From positions 2,976,001-3,040,000 of the forward strand of contig CP075492.1 of the NCBI GenBank assembly GCA_021613535.1: DNA of 64,000 bases. Direction: 5' to 3'. The notes below the pieces were generated by a model. It was given only the letters and a program-made list of their open reading frames with translations, was not told the origin of the DNA and did not search any database. Every line of letters begins with the position of its first letter. Positions within the stretch are counted from its first letter, which is position 1. This document shows positions 1 to 13,954 of this stretch, in pieces. The DNA comes from Adineta vaga. Lineage: Eukaryota > Animalia > Rotifera. A program made the position numbers and the translations under genes.

Positions 1-3000
1 TGAATTACAATTAAACAACTTAAGAAAAATACACCAAAGATATAATATTGTTTACATTTTTGAAGATATCCATGAAAATAAAAATAATTCAAAAACATTA
101 TTGAATCAATGTGTAATGAAAAGTCGAAAACTATTTTTGTACTTGTTTCGAATGAAGTGCAAAAGAAAAGTTGAAAAAAAAACTTCTATTTTACGATACT
201 TATATACACATAGAAGACGTGACAATGATGTGTTGTATTCTCTTTTCTCATTCTGTAAGTTCTCAGTATTCTGTTATTTATTTGACGTTTGGTATGAAAA
301 AGTACATTAGTGAAAGTTGAAACGAGAAAAGAACATTGAATATAGAATGAACATAATATTTAATCGAAGGAAAAGAAAAAAGTGTTTGCTTTTCCAAAAA
401 AAGGCAAAAATAGAAATGGAAATTATTAATGAAGATTTTAAAAAAAATTAAAAGACAATAGTTTTATCAATACGTTGAATATCACCAATTTGTTGAATCA
501 AAGATAAAATCATACATGTACAATTTGTGATGAGAGCAAAGGAAATTATGAGGGATTTTAACTAAGATAATTCATTTGAAAAACAATACACACGGGAAAA
601 AAAGTATGTTGATTTTTGATAAAATAATCAATGAAAAGTCGATTAGTTCGTGCTTCTCCTTCTCTCTTTGAGAAAATTCTTACAATTTCAAATATTGGTT
701 CAGTTTGATTGAATTTTATATAATACAAACTAGTTTGTGGATGTCAACCTTGATAATGAAAAAGGAGATGAACCATCTTAATTATTTGATTTTATACGTA
801 ATATTAATAAAACATAATTAATGAATTTCAATATTTCATTATTCATAATATCATCTGGATTTAATATAAATGATTGAATTTATTTTGATTTATTTAATTT
901 TAAATCAAATAAAATATATTTCCTGTTTTACTTTGATTATAATTCTTATCCTAATTCATATCTTCAAATTGTTTTATAGATATTTTTATTTTAATATTAA
1001 ATTTAAAAATAAGAATATGAATTGATAATTGATTATTTCATGTTGAGTTTTTAATATCTTCTACAATTTGTTTCTTTTGATTGATATTTCATACTGTTAG
1101 AAAGAAATGAGCATTTGTGTCATTACTAATGCACGAGCTGTTTTAATACCAATGTCTTACAAAAAAAAAGGAAAAGAAAATAATGATAAAATATTTGGTT
1201 TCATCAAATTAAATTTATCTGATATATCTTCAGTTATAAGAATTACTTTTTACTATTAAGATTTATTTTCAAAAGATTTGACGATTTCTTCTACAATAGT
1301 ATTTGTACTGAAATTTGTTGATATGATTTCAAAAGATTAAAAATGAAAGTGTGTATATCTTATCTTCTATGTATTGACGTGTTGAATTATATTATGAATA
1401 TATTCAATACTTTAATTAACATTTTCTTTTTAACTTTTGTTTATATTTATTTTGTATATGAGATAGTTATAGATTTAAAAGATGTTGTTCTTCTAATTCA
1501 TTAAATATATAACTATAAATAATATTCATATGCAGTTTTCAAATATAAAGTATTTGCAAATATGATAAGACACTAAGTTCAGTTATAAATGGAGTCGCAA
1601 CAGAACTGAGAATAAACAAAATATAACAACTGATTTCCGTCGAATTTTATCTTCATTGTCATTGGAAGTCGATGCAATCAATGTTGATTCATCATCATTT
1701 TTTAATTTGATGTCAAATCATTCATCTATCTTTCAGCTTCTTCGTTGAAAAAATGTCCACTAAATCAGTCGTTTTAACAGAGAAAAGACAAGAAAAATGA
1801 TCAACTTGTAGTACATTCATAGTTTTCACTATAATTACAATTAAATAATAATAAATAATATGTCATATATGTGATTATAATCTTAATATTTATCATTGAT
1901 TTTTGTTATACCTATGATCGTCCTTATATAGTATAGATATTGTTAACTTATGATACTACTATGATATATCAGTAGAGAATTAAATGATGTCTCCAATATA
2001 TAATAAAACTTTCGATTAAATTCCTATATTTAGCATCTTCTATGATGTTATCTTGACTTTTGATTTTGTGATAAAGAGGTACACGGGTAAAGATATGTTT
2101 TTCTGTAACCCATTTAGATTTCGAACTATCCAGGAAATTCGGTTATTTTTCATAAGATGATACGAGAGTTTATTTTTGAAAACTATACAATACTCAACAG
2201 AGTTAAATATATTATTCAAAAAATGTGAAATTTCAACTAGTATAATCAAAACATTTGCTCAATACAAATAATTACCTAAACGAGGTACAAAAATTTCTTT
2301 ATTTTCACTTTTTTCGGATTAAATACAACATCAATCCATTCATATATTTATATTTGTAGTTAAAAATTCTTCATCGATACTACATTTTTCGAACAGCGAA
2401 TTGTCAGAATGTTATGATACTTATTTTCCTCGAAATTTTTATTACGTAATAGATCTGAAGGCAACTGAACTAATTCACTTAGAGAAATCTTTAAAAAAAT
2501 GTGAAAATATTTATATTATTCAATCACAATTGTGTACAATAATATGCTGTTGACATGAATTTGCTTGATGATTATATCGATATAATATATGTGGTAATTG
2601 TATCGACGATCAACGATGAATTATTTCAAGATTATTATACATGAAAAAAGTATTTCTATTAGACAGAACATTGTTTTTCTTTTACTATTTTGAAAGAAAA
2701 GACTAGTATGACTCATCGTTTTTATAGTGCACTTTCGGTTTTGTGGTTCGTTGTCAGGGTAAAATACTCTGTGGTTAATTAAAAAGTCATCAAGGTGTGT
2801 TACCTTGACGACAATGAGAAATGATAATAGCACTATAAAAAGAGAGTGCTCTCCTCTCTGAATCTATTTCGAGACAGAGCCTATTGAGCTACTATCATTT
2901 AGTATCATATTGTACATAGGACTTTTCTTCGATTAAAGATGATTTTAATCTCTGGTTTAAATATGTCAGACTCAGAAAGTTCAGTTTGAAAGATGGTATT

Positions 3001-3114
3001 AAAATAACTTCCCTTTATATTATTATAGTATAAAATTGAAAGTATCTTTTGAAAATGTAATTTTGTTTCCAGATTTTAAATTAATCATTCGTTCATTTCT
3101 ATAATCAATTTTTA

Positions 3115-4041
3115 ATGTCAAACGGATCTACAACAATCAGTTATACTCCAGGTGGTGCCGATGATCCAGCTAATCCATTTCATTACATACCATCAATGGC
3201 TGCAACTGTTGTTTCTTTGATTCTTTTTACATTTACCTTTATTTGTTTGTCTGTTTGGACAATCCGAAAACGATCTTGGTATATGATTACACTTTTAATT
3301 GGATGTATTATGGAAATTATTGGCTATAGTACTCGAATTCCATTAGTTATACAACCAGTTGGACAAACCGGTTTGTATGCATGTATGCATGCTTGTATCA
3401 TTCTTGCACCTGTATTTAATGCTGCAATTGAATATGTTCTCTTGGGTCGTTTAATGCATGCTGTAGGTGATCAATATTCATTGATTAAACCAAAATTAGT
3501 TGCATGGATCTTTATAGTTTGTGATGTTTTCTCATTACTAATGCAAACAACTGGTGCAGGATTACTTACGACAGCAAGTAAAAATCCGACAAATGCACAA
3601 ACAGGATTGAATATTCTTCTAGCTGGTCTTTCAGTCAATCTTGCTTCATTTGCTATTTTCTGTGTACAAGTTATCTATTTTGATTATCGTACACGAAAAT
3701 CACCACCAAATTTTCCAAGTGGTAGTCTCTGTCAAAAAGGTTGGCGTCAATTTCTTTATATAATCTATTTAAGTAGTTCTCTCGTCTTACTTCGACAAAT
3801 CTATCGTGTTATTGAATTTGCTCAAGGTTTTACTGGTTATTTAGCTATTCATGAAGTTTACTTTTATATCTTTGACACTTTACTCATCTTTATAGCAACA
3901 ACGATCTTTGTTATTTTCTTTCCTGGTAATGGTTATTTACCTCGAAATCAGAATGATACTTTTCTTATCATACAAAACAATGAACACAATCGTCAAGAAG
4001 AAAATAAAGGAAATATTTTTGTTATTAAAGAAAAACTCTGA
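3115..4041 (+). CDS. RTA1-family (Rsb1/Rta1-like lipid-translocating exporter) 7-TM protein, fungal-type
   Basis: Uninterrupted 308-aa ORF with ~7 hydrophobic segments. Family motifs: E-I-I-G-Y-x-x-R, ILAPVF-x-A-x-x-Y-x-x-LGR, F-I-x-x-DVFSLL-x-Q-x-x-G-A-G, R-x-IYRVIEFAQG-x-x-GYL-x-x-HEVYFYIFD. Candidate 5'UTR intron ~2996-3072 (gtatta...tttccag). Confidence 0.85.
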   Translation: MSNGSTTISYTPGGADDPANPFHYIPSMAATVVSLILFTFTFICLSVWTIRKRSWYMITLLIGCIMEIIGYSTRIPLVIQPVGQTGLYACMHACIILAPVFNAAIEYVLLGRLMHAVGDQYSLIKPKLVAWIFIVCDVFSLLMQTTGAGLLTTASKNPTNAQTGLNILLAGLSVNLASFAIFCVQVIYFDYRTRKSPPNFPSGSLCQKGWRQFLYIIYLSSSLVLLRQIYRVIEFAQGFTGYLAIHEVYFYIFDTLLIFIATTIFVIFFPGNGYLPRNQNDTFLIIQNNEHNRQEENKGNIFVIKEKL

Positions 4042-4610
4042 ATTACGTGTTGTACTTTCGTATAAATAAAATAATATATTCTTAGAAAAATCTTTATCGT
4101 TATTTTCAAATCAGATAATAAAGCGATATTGATATATATATAGATTTTCATTTGTTATTGTTGTTGTTCATAGCATATACCCACGTGTGACGATAGCAAG
4201 TAAAATAGTTACTTTTAGAAAGAAAAAAAAAGGAATATTTAATGATTATAGTTTTTTTTCGTCGCCGTTGCTTGAAGAGAACATAAGAAAAAAAGTTTGT
4301 TCTTTTCTTTTCTATTAGTCACAAATAGAAAAATAATAAAGCATCTCATATAGATATGATTCAGTACGAACACAGATGTTGTTATTACTAATCGAAATAA
4401 TTATATAAATGTCATTTGAATATATTTAAAGTATGTATTATTATCTCTATAATGAATATATAAAAATTGAATAAATTCGTTTTTTTTCTATGTTATTTAT
4501 ATATTTAAAGAAAGAGAAAAACAAAGAATGTTTATCGAAAAAATTATTCTAAATTTTTATTTTTTTCATAGTTTTTATAATTACGATAGATTTTTCTTAA
4601 AATAAAACAA

Positions 4611-6082
4611 ATGACGTCTGAAATCTTATCAACACAAGATTCAAAACGACGACGAATAATGATTATTACTGCTGATGACAATATTATTCATGAAATTGAA
4701 AAAACTAATAATGAATTCTTATTACAACAGATTAATGTTCTATCAAATCAACAAGTAAATTATTTATATGATAATTTTATATAAATAAAAAGAATTGTTT
4801 ATATGTACAGATGAAAAAAATAAAATCAACAAATCCAAAATCCAAATCATTAACTTGTGTTATTTGTGGATCATCAGCATATGGATATAATTTTGGTGCA
4901 ATTGCTTGTGAAAGTTGTAAAGCTTTTTTTCGTCGAAATGCTTTTAAAAATCCTGTAAATATAAAAATAATTCTTAGAATTTATTTCATTTTTATTTATT
5001 TAGATAACATTTCCATGTCGTGATAGAAATTCTTGTAAAATAACTTCAGAAACACGTCGTAATTGTCCATCATGTCGTTTAACAAAATGTTTTAATAATG
5101 GAATGCAACGTGAAAAACTTTCAACAGTAAATTTTAAATTTGAGTTTTTTTTTAAAAGAAAATTCTTTTTCTTTTCTTCTTTTAGATTGAACAAAAAGTA
5201 ACAAAACGTCGTGAAATTGAACAAAATAGAAATTTAACATTACAATCTCAATTATCTGATGATGTAATCTTCTTTCTCCGTTAACATCAAAATCATTATT
5301 AAGTTCAGAAGATTTACAACGTATTGAAAATATTTCAATTTTTTATAAAAATCGAATTGAACTTGGTACAGATATTCATTCTTTTCTTATTAATTTCATT
5401 TTTGATTTCTATTTTAGCATCTCATGAGAATCTTTCTTATAATTCATCAATTCAAATAACAACATTTTTACAAACTTTAAATAGTCGATCAAAATCTATT
5501 ATAGAACTTTTATCATTTTTTAAACAAATTGATGAATTTAATCAATTAAATATTGATGATAAAATTATTTTAATTAAATATAATTTAATGTTAATTTTAG
5601 GAATTTATTGTACAATTTCATATAATATTGAACCACATGAAATAATTCAATCAGATATTGATATACCAACAAATATTCAATTAAGACAAATACTTTATGG
5701 TTATGAAACATTTCGACGAACAAGAAAAATTTTTGGTTCATTTTTAAGAATTGCTGAATTTAATGAAAAAATAATTTATTTATTATTTATTATTATTATT
5801 TTTACAAATGGTTTTTCAATAACAAATGATTATGAATCAATACTTTATGATAGAATTCATATTTATCAAACACAAAATAATTATATTGAATTATTATCAA
5901 AATATTTAGAGACAATTTATGGATTTAATAAAACTATTCAAGTATTTAGTCAACTTGTTTTTCAAATTATTTCATGGCAAACAATTCAAGAAGATATGAG
6001 AAAAAATATTTTAAGAGTTTTATCACCACAAGATCTTAATGAATTACTTCCAATTATTAAATCGATTTTTCGTATTTCATAA
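4611..6082 (+). CDS. Nuclear hormone receptor (C4 zinc-finger DBD + ligand-binding domain, NR1-like P-box CESCKA)
   Basis: Spliced exons start at 4611, 4811, 5004, ~5186 and ~5419. DBD: CVICG...YNFGAIACESCKAFFRR and CRDRNSC...RRNCPSCRLTKCFNNGM. LBD signature FFKQIDEFNQLNIDDKIILIK. Apparent 1-nt frameshift near 5265 (real lesion, unmodelled splice or assembly error). Confidence 0.85.
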
Positions 6083-7495
6083 AAAATTCTTTTGATTTCA
6101 AATTATTATTTAAATGTTGTTTTTATTAGTTAGTAGAAAATTCATTTTCATCGTCATAGAATTCTTTTGTATTTTATTGAAAAAAAACTTCATTGTTTTA
6201 CAATATCAATTAATAAGAAATACATATATATACTCTTAATCAATATCATGAAAATGAAATTTCGATAGGACGAGTTATTTCGTTTGTATGTGTCATGGTA
6301 ATGCGAATGCTAATGAGTAGTTTTGGAATAGATTTTCTTAAAAAGCTTTGCTTTTCATCATTATTCGAAAGAAAAAATAAAGATTTAACAATCACATGTA
6401 AAATTCAAATTACGAATGACGGAGATAAATAATATGATTTTTTTTTCATGAGAAATACTCGTTTTTGTTCCGTTTTCATTTTCTATGAAAAAAAACAAAC
6501 ATTTTTGTGATATTTATAACAATTGAATACAAATACTGAAGAAATCGATATTAGAAAAAAAACTAATAATAAATGATTCGATCCATCTTCATCTCTTCTT
6601 TCCAAATGATGAAAAACGCACTTTTCTCTTTTGTTTTTATCAGAAATTATACAAACAACACTGACTAACATTCATGTTATAGTAACATATGTAAATTTAT
6701 GATTGTTTTCAAAGAAATAAAATAAATATCAAAGATATATTTCATTAAAAATATGTTTGTTTATTTTATTAATCAATTCAAATAATTTGTTACTCTTTAA
6801 CATATATGTTATTTTCTTTAAATCAAATTTTAAAGCTGATTTTATTTATTTTTATTCTAAGATTTCTTTTCTACTTCTATTCAAATTTCATTATCAATAT
6901 TAATAAAACAATATCTTTTACAATCCATTGATTTTTTTATGTCATTTTCATTGTTATTTTAAATAGAAAATAAACAAATCAAATTTCTACTGAATATTTC
7001 CATGTTCTTCTATTATTTTTATTGAATTCTATTAATAAAACTTTCTCTTTGTAAATAATAAATTTAATAGAAATATTTCGAGTATTAAATAAATATTTTC
7101 AAATTACAAAAAAATGATCAAAGAAAGATTAAGTTATAAATAAATAATAAAATATTAAATTAAAATACGAAAAGATTTTATTGAATCTTTTGAATTTATT
7201 TATTGAAAATTAAATAATCAATAGAATTTTTGTTCTTTTTTTTATTTATTTCAATTTATTTGTTAAATAAAATTAAAGAAAAATCATTTTTAAATCAACT
7301 TTTATTTATTTAAAAAACGAAAATGTTTTTCAAAGAAAAAATTAAACAAAAATATTTTTCTTTTTTCATTAATGAAGAATTTTTAAGAAAAACATTTTAT
7401 TTCAAATATTTATTTTTATTTTTAAAAATATTCTTTTAGAATTTTTCATTTCCAATTTTTATTTTAAATAAAAACTTTTCTCTTTTCATCAAGTT

Positions 7496-9621
7496 TTATT
7501 CATATAATTCAGCACTCTTGAGAGAACTACCATTGTATCCACCAGTAACTAAAACTTTTCCATTTGATAAAATTGTTGCTGTATGTAAATATCGTCCAAC
7601 ACTCATATTCTTTGTTGTTGTCCAATTACCTGTTGTTGGATCATATAATTCAGCACTGTTGAGAGAAAAAATACCATCGAATCCACCAGTAACTAAAACT
7701 TTTCCATTTGATAAAATTGTTGCTGTATGAGAATATCGTCCAACACTCATATTGTTTGCTGTTGTCCAATTACCTGTTGTTGGATCATATAATTCAGCAC
7801 TGTTGAGAGAAAAAATACCATCGAATCCACCAGTAACTAAAACTTTTCCATTTGATAAAATTGTTGCTGTATGTCCATATCGTCCAACATTCATATTGTT
7901 TGTTGTTGTCCAATTACCTGTTGTTGGATCATATAATTCAGCACTGTTGAGAGAACCAGATCCACCAGTAACTAAAACTTTTCCATTTGATAAAATTGTT
8001 GCTGTATGATAATATCGTCCAACATTCATATTGTTTGTTGTTGTCCAATTACCTGTTGTTGGATCATATGATTCAGCACTGTTGAGAGAACCACCATTGG
8101 ATCCACCAGTAACTAAAACTGTTCCATTTGATAAAATTGTTGCTGTATGAGAATATCGTCCAACACTCATATTGTTTGCTGTTGTCCAATTACCTGTTGT
8201 TGGATCATATAATTCAGCACTGTTGAGAGGACCACCTCCACCAGTAACTAAAACTTTTCCATTTGATAAAATTGTTGCTGTATGATATCCTCGTCCAACA
8301 TTCATATTGTTTGTTGTTGTCCAATTACCTGTTGTTGGATCATATAATTCAGCACTGTTGAGAGAAAAAATACCATCGAATCCACCAGTAACTAAAACTG
8401 TTCCATTTGATAAAATTGTTGCTGTATGTCCATTTCGTCCAACATTCAAAATTACTGTTGTTGGATCATTTTCAGCACTCTTGAAAAAAACCACCATCGA
8501 ATCCACCAGTAACTAAAACTTTTCCATTTGATAAAATTGTTGCCGTATGATAATATCGTCCAACACTCATATTTCCTGTGTTAATCCATCCTAAAAAAGA
8601 AAATTGATTTGAATAAAAATAAATGAATTAAGAAAAGGAAACCTTTCGATTGATAAATAATTAAATCAAATTTAATTAATTGATGATAATTTTGATTAAT
8701 AATAAAAATATATTTCCAAATGAATCAAATGAAATAGTTGACGGAGAATTCAATTGTGAATTTGTACAACCAATAATACAAAAAAATCCATTTTGTTTTT
8801 GTTGAATAATTCTTTGATTATTTGAATCAATAATAAATAAAAATTGATAAAAATCTAAAATAATATCCGAAGGACAATTTAAATTAATTGTAAAATTTAA
8901 TGAATAATTTCCGACAATAGTTTGACCAATAAAAGATTCTGATTGAAATAATTGAATTCGATTATTATCACAATCAGCAACAAATAAATTTTGATTTGAT
9001 TGATCAATAAAAATTCCTTTTGGATTTGAAAGTGTTGTTGATGTTGAACCTTTTGTTCCTGTTCCTGCAATAATCATTAAAGGATTCCATAAATAAATTA
9101 ATGATTTTGAAAGAATTTGATGTCGAGTTGAAATTGAACAAAAAAGATTTTGATTCGAATCAATAAAAATATCAAAACATTGTTCACATAAATTCATTTG
9201 TTTTTTTATTAAATTTGTTGAATTTAATTCAATTTGACTAATACCACTATTGAATTCAAATGTATCAAAATATATTTCATTTGTTTCTCCAATAAAAATA
9301 GTTGATGAATTTATTGAAATATTCATCTTTGAATTTAAATTTCCTTGAAGAGAAAGAAGAAGAATTTGTTTTGTTTCTCGATTTGGAATAAAAATTGTAT
9401 TATTTTTATCAATAAAGAAATCTGAAGGAAATAATCCAATTAATGTTTCATTTGCAATTATTGTTCCATTAGAATTCCATGATGAATCAAATGAGATTGA
9501 CGGTTGATTATACGAAATCCCTTTTTGAAAAAGAAAAAGAGGAAAAACAATAAAAAGATTTAAATAAAATTTTACCTTGAATTTGTTGAATTAGAAAAAA
9601 GAGAAAGATTGAAGAAATCAT
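7496..9621 (-). CDS. Signal peptide + NHL-repeat + Kelch-repeat protein (frameshifted at two T-runs)
   Basis: Exon 1 reads MISSIFLFFLIQQIQ (ATG 9621). Exon 2 has NHL motifs (LSNPKGIFID, LFVADCDNNRIQ, LNSPSTISFDSFGN). After an intron at ~8592-8642 come ~8 Kelch units GR-x-x-HTATILSNGKVLVTGG...SAELYDP-x-x-G-x-W. Frameshifts near 8705 and 8490. Confidence 0.75.
7500..8575. repeat. Coding tandem repeat, ~138-144 bp unit, near-identical copies (Kelch blades)
   Basis: ccaccagtaactaaaact(t/g)ttccatttgataaaattgttgc recurs 8 times; variation is concentrated in the GR-xx-H and GG-loop codons. Confidence 0.9.
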
Positions 9622-10656
9622 TTTTTATTGAAGAATTCTTTTGAAATGATTTTTCTTCTTGACACTTTGTTTTAAAAGAGAAAAATCATTTAACAAATAT
9701 TTAAAGTTCACTAATCTTTCAAGGACATTTTTTTATTAAATTAAGTTTTTTTATTTTCCTAAAATTGAATTTCAAGACAAAATTTCTAATTTTTTAATTT
9801 AAAAAAATAAACAAATGATTCAGGTCAAGTCAAAGAATTTTCCTAATTTCTTTATTTATTTAAATTTCAAATTTCAAATAAGAAAAATGAGATTTGAATA
9901 AATCTATTCTTAGAATTTAATAATTTTTCTTTCTTTTCTATTTTTATTATTATTTTCAAGAAAATAAAATCATTATAATGAATATTTCATTTATATTTCT
10001 TAATCTTAATGAAATCTAATCATTATTTTTGTTTATTTAATTAATCTTATTTAAATAATATTCGATATATTTAATTAAATTTATTTTTTAATCAATTCAA
10101 AAAAAGAAGAAAATTTTTCATTTTGTTGAATATTTTATTGACATTCTTATTTCTCATAATTATTCTTCTTCGTATAAATTTCACTTCATAGTTTATAGAC
10201 AAGAACGAATGTATTCAATTAAACGAAGATTATAGTGAAATTCGATTTTTTGTATTAATATTTGAATTAAATCAGATTGAGAATATGAATATGATTTTTT
10301 TTTCTATCGAGCACATTCTCAAAGAGAAATCGATTGTATATAAGTTCAATAAGAGTTTATTTTAAGATATGCTTCCTTTTCTCTAATATTCAAATGATTG
10401 AATTTAATCAATTTCGATTATTTGAATGATTAAAAAGTCGAAAGTAATTGATGAGATATTTAAACAAGAACGAAATCGGTCATGATAACTTTACACACCT
10501 TATGTAATTGACTTCTTAGTCTTATTTAATTTTAAAACAGTGCCAATATTAGATTTCGAAAGAAGGATAAAAAGAAAAGCAATGAACAGCTTCAAAAACC
10601 GATAAAATTCTTTTTTTAAATCTGTATATTGTCACTAATAGATATGATTTTCGTGA

Positions 10657-11001
10657 TCAAACTGCTACTTCTATTTCCGAAAGCAAAACTTTTCGATAAT
10701 TTCTAAAATTGTATCGTTTTAAAACATGAAAAATTTCATACGCTCCATAATTATCAATAGTATTATATTCAAGATAAAGTTTCTTTAATGTATAATTAAC
10801 TTTTAAAATATTAGTAAGAGCACAAACATCAGATGAAGTTATATAATTTCTTTGTAAATCAAATCGTTGACATATTTTATTTCTTTTCAATTGATTGCCA
10901 ATGTTTTCTACATCAGAATCTTTGATATCTTTGTGAAAGAAGTCCCATTCTGTTACTTTCTTATACTTGTTAAGGAAATAGATAATAAATAATCTGTTCA
11001 A
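10657..11001 (-). pseudogene. RNI-like leucine-rich repeat gene fragment
   Basis: FDLQRNYITSSDVCALTNILKVNYTLKKLYLEYNTIDNYGA matches the RNI-like LRR consensus. No ATG start; only 2-3 repeats. Confidence 0.55.
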
Positions 11002-12778
11002 TTGAAATACAGTTAGTTATTTCATATTTCCTCGACTGTAAGGAGGGTTATATGAAAAAAATAGTTTGTTTGTTTGTCTATGTGCGTTTGTGTCAAGGTC
11101 AAAGGTAAAAAAAAACATCAGTGAACGTTAGTGAAACATCACCGTGACGCAGTATCAACCAGGGTGTTGGGTGAAACCGTGAGTGGAAATATGGACGTGG
11201 GTGTTGAGTGAAATCATGGATAGGGGCATAGAGTTGGGTGTGGGTGAAATTGATTATCCAAGAAAGCCTAATATTTTGTTTTTGGAAACTAATACATATT
11301 TGAACAATAACATGTGAGCCGTTTTTAGCTTGCCAGATGAATTCGTCTCACTATTGGAACCAGCTGAAAATACCTTTCCTCCACAGTCGAGGGTTAAGTG
11401 AGTCGGCACGACGAGCGTTACTTGTGTAATAATTACCTTTTTTGTATCATTATATTTTTTTCTTTCTTATATCAGAAAAAAATATCGACGAACAAAGTAA
11501 AAAACCCCACTTTAGATATTATTGGCGTGACGGTGCTGTTTTTCCTGCGCTTATCACACGTCTGTAAGTGAAGATAGGATGGAAAAATGATCTGCACAGA
11601 TCATGATTAAAATGAGTTGATTTTTTCTTCTCTCTCATTTTGTGTTTTATTTACTTTATTCCTTTCGCACACAGGAATTTTACGCTTTTGAGGAAAAACA
11701 AAAGTATTTATCGAAGATATAAATCGAGAATTATTTGTACTTCAAAAAAGATGTAAAGGAAATGAAAACATCTACACTTATCCTATAGAAATAAGTTTCC
11801 ATTAAAATTGAATTATATTAAACACGACAAATGAAACAATTGATATAATGTTTAAAAAGATACAAAAAAATGTTCTATGAAGATCGATATAGGATGTTAT
11901 AAAAAGAATACACTTTGAAAGTTCTTCATACGACATTCATGGAATGACTCTGAACAAGTCACTAACGGTTAAGTTATCTCAAATGAGTCATCTATAATGA
12001 TTACATGTTTAGTTAGTAAGTTACACGGAAGATAGTGCAGACACTGCCGTTCATAAAAAAAGAAGAAAGAACCCGGCTGCATGTGGAAGCCGCTAATAAT
12101 AATCACGCCTGACTCTAACGAGTATTAAGCCTTTAGGATGTTATTATTATTAGTTTACGAAATAGACAAAGAAGAATATTAAGAAATAAATCATTTCTTA
12201 TTGTTACTAAAAAACTATATCGTATATATAAATTTAATTAAAGTGTAAAAAATACGACATATTTCAGTTATTAAATATTTGAATCTTCTTTGAAAGAAAG
12301 ATGTCGTTTTTTTATCGAGATCAATTTAAACAAATATATTCGAGAATACAAAATATCTTAGGAGCATTGTTAATTAATTCTTTTCTATCAAAATATCATT
12401 TGATAAAAATTCATTCGAATAATTCCTTTGATTACCATTTTTCTTAAAGAATATTTTTTCATTTTATCAAATTAAAATAAACAAAGAAATTAAAAACATT
12501 TTTTGAGTTGACATTAATAATTTTGAGAACTGTTGAATTAAAAATCAGAAACTTTGTCTTGAAATTAAGTTTTAGGAAAATAAAAAACCCGACTTAAGAA
12601 AAAAATTATTAAACTTTAAATATTTGTTCAATGATTTTTCTTAAAACAAATAAAATCAAATCATTTGAAATGAATTCTATCCCGATATTTAATATTTAAT
12701 AGAAACAAAAAAAAGAATATATGAGATTTATTATTCTTCATGAATAAATATTTCTATTTGTTATAGTACGAATAAAAA

Positions 12779-13321
12779 TTATTTTTGAATTGAAATAGTT
12801 GAATTAATTCGTTGAATAAGTTCTTTACATTTACTTTCAGAATTTTTCTCATCAATTTGACTAAAATCTAAATATAATAAATTAGTAATACTCATTCCTA
12901 ACCAACCAGTTGGATTGCATTTAATTCCTTCTTCTTTTTTACAATTAACTGAATTTTGATCAGCTAGTGTTAAAAAACAAATTAATGCATAACAATTTTG
13001 AACACCTTTTGACATACTAAAACATTTTTTTTAAATAAAAAAAAGATAAAGAAAAAAAGTAAATTTTATATACCTTAAAAAGACATTTTCTTGCATTCCA
13101 CCTTGTTTATCGATCCAAATAGGTATATTTTGATTTTTACTAAGATAATCATAAATTTTTTCAACTAATTTTTGATTATTCCATTGATATGATAACATTA
13201 TATGTTCGAATTCTTGTACATTGGAATTATCCAATTCATCTTCGGAATTTTCTGATGAATATTCTTGTTGATCTAATGATATTTTAATGAAAAAATCACA
13301 CTGAACTATTTGTTTTTCCAA
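12779..13321 (-). pseudogene. TIR_2-type TIR-domain gene, 5'-truncated
   Basis: HIMLSYQW...IWIDKQGGM, intron 13017-13073, then SMSKGVQNC...ICFLT...NC...P-x-GWLG...LYLDFS. No ATG; appears to lack the catalytic-Glu (ELxYA) segment. Confidence 0.7.
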
Positions 13322-13382
13322 ATGATACGATGGATTTTATTTCGACACAAATAAATAGTATTCATCGATATACAACGATAGT

Positions 13383-13658
13383 TTTCATCTGAAAGATTCG
13401 ACTTCGGAGAATATGCACGTTCCTATCGGATTAGGCCAGGCACAGATCGAGAAGATTTTACATGATGCTATTGCTCGGAATTAAAGTGGTTCACTCACCT
13501 TTGAACCACATCTAACTCACTCGGGTGCTGTCGCTCTAACTGGTCCAAGTGGCATCGCGAATGAAACTTATGCCAATATGTTGTCCATGGATGGTTTCCA
13601 TCTTGCTGTGGAAACAGCTAAAAACCTTTTGAACGAAATTGGTGTTGAATGGAACTAA
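13383..13658 (+). pseudogene. C-terminal relic of a bacterial-type sugar-phosphate isomerase/epimerase (xylose isomerase-like TIM barrel)
   Basis: Hand translation (absent from ORF track): FHLKDSTSENMHVPIGLGQAQIEKILHDAIARN*SGSLTFEPHLTHSGAVALTGPSG...FHLAVETAKNLLNEIGVEWN*. HLKD, P-x-G-x-G and G-x-L-T-x-E-P-H motifs; in-frame TAA at 13482; GC visibly above flanks. Confidence 0.7.
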
Positions 13659-13954
13659 ATTTTCTACCAGCAGATAAAAACAAAGAAATTAGCTACGAAA
13701 CTAGTTTTTTTTATAATTGTTTCCTTTGGTCGAGTGCTTAATAAAAATACACCGATACAGTATAAACAGAAATGTCATTTATCCGTACTGAAAACGCTAT
13801 TCCACCTGTATTAAATTAATATTTAAATCTGTTCGTATATAATCTATTTTCGGAATGTAGATGTCAGTTCCAGTACAATCGTTATCGAGAATCAAACATC
13901 ACAATATCTTACGACTTAATCATACAAAGTCAATTCACTTTGATATTCTGCATC

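Noticed and set aside
1-1800. Coding-like decayed stretches on both strands
   Set aside because: Many stops and no recognisable motif; cannot assign a product.
7518-8516. Plus-strand ORFs over the Kelch repeats (likewise 52690-53485 and ORFs inside pol and the sugar porter)
   Set aside because: Antisense or alternate-frame shadows of real genes.
11325-11420. Possible hammerhead ribozyme (cagatga...gaaa)
   Set aside because: Core CUGAUGA is not intact and I could not build the three stems.
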